Below, in pieces: positions 9,059 through 18,357 of a DNA stretch of 64,000 nucleotides. Within the stretch, counting starts at the first letter, position 1. Each line of letters starts with the position of its first letter. Below the pieces are notes generated by a model. The model was not told the origin of the DNA. It saw only the letters and a program-made list of their open reading frames with translations, and did no database searches. A program made the position numbers and the translations under genes. Source of the DNA: Clostridia bacterium (lineage in GTDB: Bacteria; Bacillota; Clostridia; TANB77; CAG-508); assembly GCA_017470645.1 (NCBI GenBank), contig JAFUYJ010000026.1:4372-68371 (forward strand). Direction: 5' to 3'.

Positions 9059-9808
9059 ATGGAAAACACAAAAGAAAACATAAACATAGAAAAACAAGAA
9101 AATCAATATAATAATAGCAGTCAAAACAACCAAGAACAAGAAACAACAATGTTTGAAAAAAAGATATTGGTATACCTTATAATCATAACAATTATATTAA
9201 TTTTTATAGCAATATTTTTTATTCATAATATAGTAGATAAAGCAACAATAAACAGCTCTCAAACAGCAGCAATTACATATCCAGACAATAATCCGGATGA
9301 CATGGATTATACAAATGATGGAAACGGAAACAATAACGGCAACGAAACAAATCCAACAATAGTAGAAGGAGATGCCAGATTAAAAATCTTTGAAGGCACG
9401 AAAGAATGGAGCGAACTTAGAGAATTAAACATATTCCACAGAACACATGACCACGTAGTAGACGATAAAATAGCACCAGGTGTTCAAGATACATACACAT
9501 ATACAGTTGAATGCTACGGAGATTACTCAATGCTATATAACCTAGTATTCCAAGAAGAAAATCCACTTAATATCAATATGAAATACAAAATGAAATATAA
9601 TGGAAAATATGTAGCAGGAGACGAAAACACATGGGTTGATTATGATGCTCTTACTCAAACAGGACTAACAATAAAACCAGGAACAGTAGATGTATTCACA
9701 CTAGACTGGAGATGGGAAGATGCAGATAACGATACAGAAATTGGTCAAACAGATGGCGCAAAATATATACTTAATGTATTATCAAGTGCAGAAGCAATAA
9801 TAGATTAG
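9059..9808 (+). CDS. Membrane-anchored paralog of the TasA-like protein
   Basis: N-terminal TM; shares KIAPG and W.W..(D).DT.(I/V)G motifs with 8164-8919. Confidence 0.6.
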   Translation: MENTKENINIEKQENQYNNSSQNNQEQETTMFEKKILVYLIIITIILIFIAIFFIHNIVDKATINSSQTAAITYPDNNPDDMDYTNDGNGNNNGNETNPTIVEGDARLKIFEGTKEWSELRELNIFHRTHDHVVDDKIAPGVQDTYTYTVECYGDYSMLYNLVFQEENPLNINMKYKMKYNGKYVAGDENTWVDYDALTQTGLTIKPGTVDVFTLDWRWEDADNDTEIGQTDGAKYILNVLSSAEAIID

Positions 9809-9842
9809 AACAAAAGAAAAAATCCAAAAGGAGATGAGAGAG

Positions 9843-10433
9843 ATGAATGAAGAAAAAAAAGAGAACAACATTAATGAAGAAATAAAAAATGAAGATTTTA
9901 AGAACACATCGGATCAAAAACAACAACCGCAAAAAAAATCCAAAAATAATCCACTAAAAATAATTTCAAAAATAACAACAATAATAATTTGGATAGTACT
10001 ATTCATAGCAATGGGAGTACTACTACTAACAGTAGCATCACAAAAAACAGATGTATTTGGATATAGATTATACACAATAATGTCAGGAAGTATGGAACCA
10101 ACAATACATGTAAAAGATGCAATAATTACTCAAAAAATAGACGAACCACAAAAGGGAGATGTAATAGCCTTCCAAAATCAAAAATCAATAACAGTACACA
10201 GAATAATCGAAGTATACACTGAAGAAAACAAACCAGTATTTTACAAAACAAAAGGTGATGCAAATAGCGCCGAAGACGAAGGATTCGTGCAAAAATCACA
10301 AGTAAAAGGAAAAGTAATTTTCAGATCTTCAGCAATAGGAAACACAATATTATTCTTACAATCACACTTCATAGTTTTAATTATAGCAGTAGGAGTAATT
10401 GTTATGATTATTATAGTAAGGAGGATGATATAA
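9843..10433 (+). CDS. sipW: Signal peptidase I, SipW (ER/archaeal-type, Ser-His)
   Basis: IMSGSMEP (catalytic Ser), ITVHRI (His), TKGDAN, V.GKV; two TM segments. Confidence 0.88.
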   Translation: MNEEKKENNINEEIKNEDFKNTSDQKQQPQKKSKNNPLKIISKITTIIIWIVLFIAMGVLLLTVASQKTDVFGYRLYTIMSGSMEPTIHVKDAIITQKIDEPQKGDVIAFQNQKSITVHRIIEVYTEENKPVFYKTKGDANSAEDEGFVQKSQVKGKVIFRSSAIGNTILFLQSHFIVLIIAVGVIVMIIIVRRMI

Positions 10434-10434
10434 T

Positions 10435-11022
10435 TTGAAACCAAATAAAAAAAATGACGCCAAGAAAGTATTAATATTATCATTAACAATAGCTATAATA
10501 ATTCTACTTATCGGAATAGCAGGATTTGCATACGCTAAATATGTAACATCAGCACAAGGAACAGCAACAGCACAAGTTGCAAATATGATTTGCACAATTG
10601 ATGTAAAATCAAGCAGTGAAGACCAAAGTGGTAATGTAATAAATCCATCAGATCAAACAATAGTAAATCCATACTGTATAGTAACAATAAAAGATTATAC
10701 AGGAGAAGAAGCAAACCCAACAGCAATTACACAAACTGATGTAAATTATACAGTAACAGTAACACCAAAACAAGTTAACGGAGCAGATTCATTTACATTA
10801 CCAGCATATTATTGGTATGAAATAGCAAGCCCAGATGCAACAAGTGGAACAAAAATAGCTACATCAACAGCTTTAAACTCAGCATCTACAACAGCAGGAA
10901 GCTTTAAAAATGGAGTTGCTGCAACCAGATATTATAAAATAGTATTTTTAAATTCAGGAGAAGAAGATATAACAAGATATGTAGATTTTGATTTAAAAGC
11001 AGTTCAAGCAAAAGATAATTAA
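10435..11022 (+). CDS. SipW-cognate secreted protein
   Basis: Signal ...GIAGFAYAKY followed by TATAQVA, similar to TATANVA in 8164-8919; TTG start. Confidence 0.6.
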   Translation: MKPNKKNDAKKVLILSLTIAIIILLIGIAGFAYAKYVTSAQGTATAQVANMICTIDVKSSSEDQSGNVINPSDQTIVNPYCIVTIKDYTGEEANPTAITQTDVNYTVTVTPKQVNGADSFTLPAYYWYEIASPDATSGTKIATSTALNSASTTAGSFKNGVAATRYYKIVFLNSGEEDITRYVDFDLKAVQAKDN

Positions 11023-11032
11023 TTTTTGATAA

Positions 11033-11101
11033 GAAGCTTTTGGGGACACTGACAAAAAGTTTCAAGCAATTGAAACTTTTTGTCAGTGTCCCCATAAGTT
11101 C
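11033..11101. repeat. REP/REPIN-like palindrome
   Basis: tggggacactgacaaaaagtttcaa-gcaa-ttgaaactttttgtcagtgtcccca. Confidence 0.88.
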
Positions 11102-11137
11102 TCGTTCTCAAAAGTTAAAAAAAAACAAATATACCCC

Positions 11138-11166
11138 TTGACATAACTTATAAACTGTGATAATAT
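11138..11166 (+). promoter_or_regulatory. Sigma-A promoter of the tRNA
   Basis: TTGACA-N17-TAATAT directly upstream of the tRNA. Confidence 0.65.
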
Positions 11167-11178
11167 AATCAATGTAAT

Positions 11179-11255
11179 GGGTCAGTAGCTCAGTTGGATA
11201 GAGCATCGGCCTTCTAAGCCGAGGGTCGGGGGTTCGAATCCCTCCTGGCTCACCA
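11179..11255 (+). tRNA. tRNA-Arg (anticodon UCU)
   Basis: Cloverleaf: acceptor GGGTCAG/CTGGCTC, D-arm AGCTCAGTTGGATAGAGC, anticodon loop CTTCTAA, GGTTCGAATCC, encoded CCA. Confidence 0.97.
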
Positions 11256-11258
11256 TAG

Positions 11259-11292
11259 AAAATCGCCAATAACTAAATTTGGCGATTTTTTT
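11259..11292 (+). terminator. Intrinsic terminator after tRNA
   Basis: aaaatcgccaa...ttggcgattttttt. Confidence 0.7.
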
Positions 11293-11311
11293 GTAAAAGG
11301 AGGAACTGAAA

Positions 11312-12892
11312 ATGTTAAATGCAATAGGAGTAACAGTAAGGTTTGGAAAAAGAACTTTATTTGAAGATGTAAATATAAAATTCAATAAAGGATGTTGTTA
11401 CGGAATAATAGGAGCAAATGGTGCAGGAAAATCAACATTTTTAAAAGTACTATCAGGCGAATTAGAACCTAGCAAAGGTGAAGTAACAAAGGAGAAAACA
11501 GAAAGACTATCAGTTTTAAAACAAGACCACTTTGCTTTTGAAGAATATACAGTACTAGATACAGTAATAATGGGAAACCAAGAATTATACAGCATAATGA
11601 AAGAAAAAAATGAAATATATGCAAAGCCAGACTTCTCAGAAGAAGATGGAATGAAAGCAGCAAAATTAGAAGAAAAATTTGCGGAATTAGATGGATGGAA
11701 TGCAGAATCAGATGCAGCTCAATTACTTAACAATTTAGGAATAGATACAGAAAATCACTATAAATTAATGAGTGAATTAGAAGCAAAGGAAAAAGTAAAA
11801 GTATTGCTAGCTCAAGCACTGTTTGGAAATCCAGATATCCTATTGTTAGACGAGCCTACAAACGACTTAGACTTAAAAACAATATCTTGGTTAGAAGAAT
11901 TTTTAATAAACTTCGAAAACACTGTTATAGTAGTATCTCACGACAGATACTTCCTAAACAAAGTCTGCACACACATAGCCGACGTAGACTTTGGTAAAAT
12001 AAAAATATATCCAGGAAACTACGACTTCTGGTACGAATCAAGCCAATTAGCTTTAAAGCAAATGAAGGAATCAAACAAAAAGAAAGAAGAAAAAATAAAA
12101 GAATTACAAGAATTTATTGCAAGATTCAGCGCAAATGCTTCAAAATCAAAGCAAGCAACATCAAGAAAGAAATCATTAGAAAAAATAGAATTGGATGAAA
12201 TTAAACCATCTAATAGAAAATATCCATATATAGATTTCAAACCTGATAGAGAACCAGGAAAAGAAATTTTACAAGTAAAAAATATAACTAAAACAGTAAA
12301 CGGAGAAAAACTATTAGATAATGTTTCATTCACAGTAAAACAAGGTGACAAAATAGCATTGCTAGCAGATAATGAAATAGCAAAAACAGTATTATTCCAA
12401 ATAATAGCAGGAGAGCTTGAACCAGACAGTGGAGAATTAGTATGGGGAACAACCATATCAAACGCTTATTTCCCTAAGGATAACAGCTATTTATTTGAAA
12501 CAGATGAAACAATAACAGATTGGCTTCGTAAATATTCAAAAGACCCAGATGAAACATATGTAAGAAGCTTCTTAGGAAGAATGCTTTTCTCTGGAGAGGA
12601 AGCATTAAAAAATGTAAAAGTTCTTTCGGGAGGAGAAAAAGTAAGATGTGTTTTAGCTAAATTAATGCTTTCTGGAGCTAATTTCTTAACATTTGATGAA
12701 CCTACAAACCACTTAGATATGGAAAGTATTACAGCACTAAACAACGGAATGATGAAATTCCCTGGAAACATGATCTTTACATCACATGATCATCAATTGA
12801 TGCAAACAGTTGCTAACAGGGTAATTGATATTAAAAAAGATGGATTGGTTGATAGAGAAGTTGGATATAATGAGTATTTGGGAATTGAATAG
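11312..12892 (+). CDS. ABC-F family ribosome-associated ATPase (YkpA/YbiT-like)
   Basis: Two ABC domains, GANGAGKS, LLLDEPTN, SHDR, LSGGE, FDEPTNHLD, linker ANASKSKQATSR; no TM segments. Confidence 0.9.
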   Translation: MLNAIGVTVRFGKRTLFEDVNIKFNKGCCYGIIGANGAGKSTFLKVLSGELEPSKGEVTKEKTERLSVLKQDHFAFEEYTVLDTVIMGNQELYSIMKEKNEIYAKPDFSEEDGMKAAKLEEKFAELDGWNAESDAAQLLNNLGIDTENHYKLMSELEAKEKVKVLLAQALFGNPDILLLDEPTNDLDLKTISWLEEFLINFENTVIVVSHDRYFLNKVCTHIADVDFGKIKIYPGNYDFWYESSQLALKQMKESNKKKEEKIKELQEFIARFSANASKSKQATSRKKSLEKIELDEIKPSNRKYPYIDFKPDREPGKEILQVKNITKTVNGEKLLDNVSFTVKQGDKIALLADNEIAKTVLFQIIAGELEPDSGELVWGTTISNAYFPKDNSYLFETDETITDWLRKYSKDPDETYVRSFLGRMLFSGEEALKNVKVLSGGEKVRCVLAKLMLSGANFLTFDEPTNHLDMESITALNNGMMKFPGNMIFTSHDHQLMQTVANRVIDIKKDGLVDREVGYNEYLGIE

Positions 12893-12900
12893 AAATAATA

Positions 12901-12944
12901 AAAAAGTCTCACAACACTGAAAAATCAGGTTGCGAGACTTTTTT
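12901..12944. terminator. Bidirectional terminator between convergent genes
   Basis: aaaaagtctc.caac...gttg.gagacttttt with A- and T-runs on both sides. Confidence 0.7.
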
Positions 12945-12970
12945 GCTTTCTTTTTTTCTTGTTCTCTTTC

Positions 12971-13531
12971 CTAGAAAAGCCACACAAAAAACATAACTGC
13001 AAAAATAAGAACACCAAGAGGAATTGTAAGAAGGAAAAGTACAAATATTAGCTTTAACAAAGCAGTACATGTAAAGTATAGAAAACTTGCTTCATAGTAG
13101 TATACAAACTTCTTACGATCTTCAGGTCTAGATATTTCTTTTTCACAGTACATGAACCCAAATATGGTATCAAATGAAAACAACAAAACTGATGGCAGAA
13201 CAAGTCTTAAGAAAAGGTCTCCATCTGTTATTCCAATAAATAATTCTATTATACAATAAGCAAATAAAACTACGTACACAATGCCATATAGTAATAAACC
13301 TACAGCTGAGGAATTAGAATTATTTAAGCTTGCGTCTTTGGGTTCCTTTTCACTCCGTTTTTTTTGCTCTTCATCAACAACATTAACATTATCTTGCTTG
13401 AAAACATCAGCAATTAAAGACGTAATGATTAATACAATTATAATTGCTGGCAAATCATCAAGTCTGTCAAGTTGTCGAAACAGAAATAAAGCAACAAGAG
13501 AAATTAGGCAACTTAAGAATGTTATCAACAT
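12971..13531 (-). CDS. Hypothetical multi-pass membrane protein
   Basis: 186-aa hydrophobic ORF with SD (AAGGAG on minus strand), consensus promoter and terminator. Confidence 0.65.
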   Translation of the reverse strand: MLITFLSCLISLVALFLFRQLDRLDDLPAIIIVLIITSLIADVFKQDNVNVVDEEQKKRSEKEPKDASLNNSNSSAVGLLLYGIVYVVLFAYCIIELFIGITDGDLFLRLVLPSVLLFSFDTIFGFMYCEKEISRPEDRKKFVYYYEASFLYFTCTALLKLIFVLFLLTIPLGVLIFAVMFFVWLF

Positions 13532-13595
13532 AGTAAGTCACTCCTTAATCAAGATAAATGGCTGTATTTGTTGAACAATAACGTATGATAACAAT

Positions 13596-13624
13596 ATTAT
13601 AAAATATTATGTAAAATTTGTCAA
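13596..13624 (-). promoter_or_regulatory. Consensus sigma-A promoter
   Basis: TTGACA-N17-TATAAT on the minus strand. Confidence 0.75.
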
Positions 13625-13643
13625 TGTATTTAGCTTCAAACCA

Positions 13644-13672
13644 TTGACAAATTCGACAAAATAGTATAAAAT
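13644..13672 (+). promoter_or_regulatory. Sigma-A promoter with a Spo0A-box-like heptamer in the spacer
   Basis: TTGACA-N17-TAAAAT; TTCGACA at 13652-13658. Confidence 0.6.
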
Positions 13673-13678
13673 AATGTG

Positions 13679-13886
13679 AGTAAAATAGCTGTGAATATTA
13701 CTTTTAAATAAAAGTAAAACGATTGTAATAAAAAAATTGAAAAAATATATTTTAATAAGATATATATACTGTAAAATTGGTTTAGGTTATCAAAAAAGAT
13801 GATCTTTTAATCGCCGAGCAATTAATAAAATAGTAAAAAATTATAATCACAATCACAGCAAACAAAAGCTAATTGTGATTTTTTTT
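13679..13886 (+). ncRNA. Candidate ~200-nt non-coding RNA (6S-like or leader RNA)
   Basis: Promoter and terminator bracket a segment with no sizeable ORF; GCTGTGA (13688) is complementary to TCACAGC (13853). Confidence 0.3.
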
Positions 13887-14064
13887 GTTAAAAAATAAAT
13901 CAAACACACATAGCCCTAGGAAAAGAACGTAAAATTACTAATGAAAAATATAATTGAAATTTAAAAACTAAAGCATCCGTAAGTTTTTAAAAAATAAAAC
14001 AAAAATAACAATGTTACAATTATATTAAATTTAGTAAAATACGCATTTTTCAAGGGTTTTATTG

Positions 14065-14093
14065 TTGAAAAAAGTATTAAAATAAATTATAAT
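14065..14093 (+). promoter_or_regulatory. Sigma-A promoter of the T4SS-like operon
   Basis: TTGAAA-N17-TATAAT upstream of the pilin gene. Confidence 0.6.
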
Positions 14094-14178
14094 ATAAGAA
14101 GAAATTTATAAAAAAAGAAAACAAAAGGAAACAAAAAATAAGGAATGTGCCCCAAAAGGCAAAATGGAGGGAATTAAA

Positions 14179-14658
14179 ATGAGAGCAAAAACAATAAGAA
14201 AAGCGTTAATATCAACAATAATAGTAATTTGCATGCTTATAACAAGTGCAAACACAACGCAAGTATTAGCATCAACAGAAGGAAATACAGACGTACCTGT
14301 AGCGAAGGTAGCAGGTATAACGGATATTTTTAGAGCAGGAAATAGCTTTATAAGTACAGGAGAAAAAGAAGCTAGTAGTTATTCAAACAGAGCAGGATTT
14401 GACGTAACAAATCCCCAAAGTTTTGCAGAAGAATTTATAGATATAGGTCAAATACTAATAGCAGTTGGAGTTGTAGTGCTAGTAGGTACTTTTGCAGTAA
14501 TGGGTATTAGATGGATAACAGCTACACCTGATAAAAAAGCTAAGTTACAACAACAATTAGTCGGGCTTGTAATAGCAGCAGTTATTATTTTCGGAGCAAT
14601 TGGAATTTGGAACTTAGTAAGAAATATTATGAATTCAGCACAAACAGCTATTGGATGA
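14179..14658 (+). CDS. TrbC/VirB2-like pilin
   Basis: Signal peptide, then two hydrophobic helices joined by GIRWITATPDKKAKL; first gene before PrgI and VirB4. Confidence 0.65.
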   Translation: MRAKTIRKALISTIIVICMLITSANTTQVLASTEGNTDVPVAKVAGITDIFRAGNSFISTGEKEASSYSNRAGFDVTNPQSFAEEFIDIGQILIAVGVVVLVGTFAVMGIRWITATPDKKAKLQQQLVGLVIAAVIIFGAIGIWNLVRNIMNSAQTAIG

Positions 14659-14698
14659 TAATGCAAAATCAATAGTAATATACAAAGGAGGAATATAA

Positions 14699-15034
14699 AT
14701 GGCAACACATTATATACCAAAAAATCTAAAGGGAGAAACCAGAATATTAAGAATATTCTCAACTCACTCATTAATAACAACCGCAATTGGAATTGCAATA
14801 GGAGGAATCACATATTTCATATGCAGAACTGTTGGAATAAGAATTGTAGGTTTAATAGTTTTAGTTCTTTGTGCATTAATAGGATTTGCAGTTGGAACAA
14901 TAAAAATTCCAAGAATATCAGGTCTAAAATTCACAAAAAACATTGAAGGAGATTCAATAGACGAAATTATAATTAGATATGCAAAATTTAAAACAAACAG
15001 AAAGATATATTCATATACAAAGGAGGAAGAATAA
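14699..15034 (+). CDS. PrgI family (VirB3-like) membrane protein
   Basis: YIPKNLKGETRIL N-terminus, two TM helices, RKIY C-terminus; upstream of VirB4. Confidence 0.7.
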   Translation: MATHYIPKNLKGETRILRIFSTHSLITTAIGIAIGGITYFICRTVGIRIVGLIVLVLCALIGFAVGTIKIPRISGLKFTKNIEGDSIDEIIIRYAKFKTNRKIYSYTKEEE

Positions 15035-15035
15035 T

Positions 15036-16343
15036 ATGAATGGAGTTAGCGGTACACTAGGAATTATTTATACAATAATAACAATATGTATAGTAGTTTT
15101 ACTGATATTAGTTGGAGTTGTATTTTTTGTGTGGTGGCAAAACAAGAAAAAAAATAATGGCGAAGACAAAAACAAAACAAAAAATTCAAAAGATTCTTCA
15201 ACCAAATTACAAGGGATTGAATCAATAAATAAATTTCTTGCATTCGATAAAATAGTAGATAGCATGATTGTAAGAAAAAAAGGTGAACAATATGTTATGG
15301 TTATTCAATGTAAGGGTGTAAACTTTGACTTGCTAGGAGAAGAAGAAAAAGTTGCAATAGAAAACGGTTTCGTACAATTCCTAAACATATTAAGATTCCC
15401 AGTTCAATTATATATTCAAACAAGAAGTTTAAACTTAAAAGGAAATATAGACCAATATGAGGAAAGAGTTAATCAAGTAAGGGAAGATATTCAAAAAATA
15501 GAAAGCCATATAAAAAGAGAAACTGCAAATGGAAGAATGGACTTAGTAAGAAGACTACAAGCAGAAAGAAGAAGAAAAATGAACATTCTTGAATATGGTT
15601 TGGATATTACAAACTATGTTTCAAGACTAAGTCAAAACAGAAATGTATTACAACAAAATACATACGTTGTTCTTTCATACTATAAATCAGAAATTGGTGG
15701 AGAAGTAAACAACTACTCAAAAGAGGAGATAGAGAACATTGCATTCTCAGAATTATATACAAGAGCACAAACATTAATAAGAGGATTATCATCAGCTGGA
15801 GTAACAGGTAGGGTTATGAATTCGGAAGAATTAGCAGAATTGCTATATGTAGCATATAACAGAGATGATTCAGAATTAATAAATATAAGAAAGTCTGTTG
15901 AAGCACAATATGATAGCCTATATAACACTGCGAAAGATGTAATGGATAAACAAAAAGAAATTATAGAAAAGAAAATAGAAAGTGAAGCAATCGAATTAAC
16001 TGCAAATAGCATTAAAAAAGCAGATCGTATTCGTAGATTAAGAAAAGATAATCAACAAGAAATAAAAAATAGAGCTTTAGAATATGCAGAAGCATATAAA
16101 GGTGAAATGACAGAAGAACTATACGAAGAAACTAAAAAACAAATAAAAGAAGCAGACTTAGCAGGAGAAGAAAAACAAAAAAGAATTGAAGAAAGAAGAA
16201 AATTAGCCAAAGAAAAAGCAAATTTACATGATGAAGGATTAACAGATGAGCAAAAAAGAGCTTTAGCCAGAAGAAAACAATTAGCCAGAAGAAGAGCTCA
16301 AGCGGCAGCCACAAAGGCAAAACCTGATGAAACAGAAGTTTAA
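15036..16343 (+). CDS. Membrane-anchored TraC-like/VirB4-associated protein with coiled-coil tail
   Basis: TM, then VNFDLLGEEEK...FLNILRFPVQLYIQTR and ...EELAELLY, as seen in genes preceding VirB4; SD AGGAGG. Confidence 0.6.
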   Translation: MNGVSGTLGIIYTIITICIVVLLILVGVVFFVWWQNKKKNNGEDKNKTKNSKDSSTKLQGIESINKFLAFDKIVDSMIVRKKGEQYVMVIQCKGVNFDLLGEEEKVAIENGFVQFLNILRFPVQLYIQTRSLNLKGNIDQYEERVNQVREDIQKIESHIKRETANGRMDLVRRLQAERRRKMNILEYGLDITNYVSRLSQNRNVLQQNTYVVLSYYKSEIGGEVNNYSKEEIENIAFSELYTRAQTLIRGLSSAGVTGRVMNSEELAELLYVAYNRDDSELINIRKSVEAQYDSLYNTAKDVMDKQKEIIEKKIESEAIELTANSIKKADRIRRLRKDNQQEIKNRALEYAEAYKGEMTEELYEETKKQIKEADLAGEEKQKRIEERRKLAKEKANLHDEGLTDEQKRALARRKQLARRRAQAAATKAKPDETEV

Positions 16344-16377
16344 TATAGACTAAAGATGTTTTTGAGAGGAGATTACT

Positions 16378-18357
16378 ATGAAATTAAATTTGAATTTAAA
16401 CAAGAAAGATAACAATAACCAAATAGAGAAAAAGGAAGAAAAAAAAGAAGTAAGTGTACTAGCGAAGAATCAAAAGAGTTTAAAAGACATAATAGCACCT
16501 GCTGGAGTTGATGCAACACATACAAATCACTTAGAAATAGTTGCAAGTACATCAAAATTTGCTCGTAGCATGATTATTTCAACAATGCCAAGAATGTGTA
16601 CTTTTCCAGAGTTCTTAAGAGGAATGTATACATTTGGAGATGCAAATATTTCAGTGTTCATAAAACCAATTACAGAAAACTCTGCACAAACAGATTTAAA
16701 CCGAAGAATAAACGAAATTGAATCTGAAAGAATTGTTGCTGCTGAAAGAGGAAATATAAACAGGGAAAGATTATTAGCACAAAAAAGACTTGAGGCAGAA
16801 GAATTAAGAGATTCAATAGCAGGAGGATTTAATAAATTATATGAATCTTCTGTAATATGCACATTGTTTGCCTATAGTTTAGAAGACTTAGATAAACAAA
16901 CGGAATTACTTTCTGCTGAAATGTCAAAAACATTAATCGGAATAAAACCAACATGGGCAATGCAAGAAGAAGCATTTAATTCAAATATGCCATATGCAGA
17001 CAATCAAATAAATAAGAATCATACATTTGACCGTAATTCAATGGCTACAGTATTCCCATTCATCAGTTCAGATATAGGACATGAAAATGGAATTCCGCTA
17101 GGATATAACCGTCAAACAGGATTACCAATATTATATGATAACTTCAATAAAGCACTAAACAACTATAACATGGTTATATTTGGTAAATCTGGTGCTGGTA
17201 AATCAGTTGCAATAAAAACATTAACAGCGCGTTCATCAGTATTGATGGGAATAGAAAGCTTAGCATTAGATGCTGAAGGTGAATATGGAGTAGTTGCAGA
17301 AGCATTAGGTGGAGTAAATGTAATAATAAGTCCAAATTCAAACACAATAATTAATTTATTTGATATTGAACCAGAATTAGTAAAAGATGAAATTACAGGA
17401 AAAGAAAAAGCAATATTAAATGTAGAAAATAAGGTAGAAGATGTAACTCAAGCATTACTTACAATGGCAAGAGGAAGTACAAGAAGTACAGAAGTAAATG
17501 AGCTTACAAAACAAATAATTGCAGAAACAGTAGCAGAAGAATATAAAGCATACAACATAACAAGTGATGTAAACAGTATATATGTGAAGAAAAATGAAAG
17601 AGCCATGGAAGATAGCTACTTAGGAAGACAAAGAAAAGAAATGCCAACTATAGGTTCATGGTATAAAAGACTAATACATAAAGCAAAAGCAAATGAAAAC
17701 CCAGACTATAGATTCCACTACAGTTATTTAGCTAAAGTTATGAGACAATACGTAAGAGCATATAATGGTCAAATGGCATATTTTGATGGACAATCTACAT
17801 TTGAGTTATTAGAGGACATACCATTTATTAACTTAGATATATCACAACTAGAAGAAAGATTTGCAAGACCACTAGCTCAACAAATATTATTATCATGGGT
17901 TTGGGAAAAATATGTAAAGAAAAATAGTGAAGACAAAGAAAAGGCAGCAAAGAAAAGGGTATTGGTAGATGAAGCATGGATGCTTTTACCATATCCAGAA
18001 GCTGTAGATTTCTTAAACACAATGGCAAGACGTGCCAGAAAAAGAAATGTATCTCTAGCAGTTATATCACAAAAATTCCAAGACTTCTATGAGAAACAAG
18101 AAGTACAAGTAGTTTTAACATCATCAGATACAAAACTATTTTTAGCACAAGATAAATCAGAAATAGGATATATAAAAGAAGTATTTAAGCTAAGTGATGG
18201 TGAAGCAGAATTCTTAACAACATGTACAAGAGGTGAAGGTTTACTAAAAGTTGGAGAAGATACAGCAATTTTGGCTATTAACCCAACTAAGAAAGAATTC
18301 GAATTCATAGAAACAAACTTAAATGAATTAGCAAAAAGGGAAAGTAGGAAAAACTAG
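16378..18357 (+). CDS. virB4: VirB4-like type IV secretion ATPase
   Basis: Walker A GKSGAGKS, DAEGEY, INLFD, Walker B VLVDEAW, RRARKRN, ISQ, GEGLL. Confidence 0.9.
   Translation: MKLNLNLNKKDNNNQIEKKEEKKEVSVLAKNQKSLKDIIAPAGVDATHTNHLEIVASTSKFARSMIISTMPRMCTFPEFLRGMYTFGDANISVFIKPITENSAQTDLNRRINEIESERIVAAERGNINRERLLAQKRLEAEELRDSIAGGFNKLYESSVICTLFAYSLEDLDKQTELLSAEMSKTLIGIKPTWAMQEEAFNSNMPYADNQINKNHTFDRNSMATVFPFISSDIGHENGIPLGYNRQTGLPILYDNFNKALNNYNMVIFGKSGAGKSVAIKTLTARSSVLMGIESLALDAEGEYGVVAEALGGVNVIISPNSNTIINLFDIEPELVKDEITGKEKAILNVENKVEDVTQALLTMARGSTRSTEVNELTKQIIAETVAEEYKAYNITSDVNSIYVKKNERAMEDSYLGRQRKEMPTIGSWYKRLIHKAKANENPDYRFHYSYLAKVMRQYVRAYNGQMAYFDGQSTFELLEDIPFINLDISQLEERFARPLAQQILLSWVWEKYVKKNSEDKEKAAKKRVLVDEAWMLLPYPEAVDFLNTMARRARKRNVSLAVISQKFQDFYEKQEVQVVLTSSDTKLFLAQDKSEIGYIKEVFKLSDGEAEFLTTCTRGEGLLKVGEDTAILAINPTKKEFEFIETNLNELAKRESRKN

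Noticed and set aside
13281-13574. 97-aa + strand ORF
   Set aside because: Overlaps the minus-strand gene that has SD, promoter and terminator support
13780-13830. Lysine or c-di-GMP riboswitch suggested by ATCGCCGA
   Set aside because: Other required consensus elements (AGAGG; GCAAA/GAAA) are not evident
16355-16372. gatgtttttgagagga resembling a B-type REP end
   Set aside because: Lacks the GGGACAC core and a partner arm; explained as the virB4 ribosome-binding site
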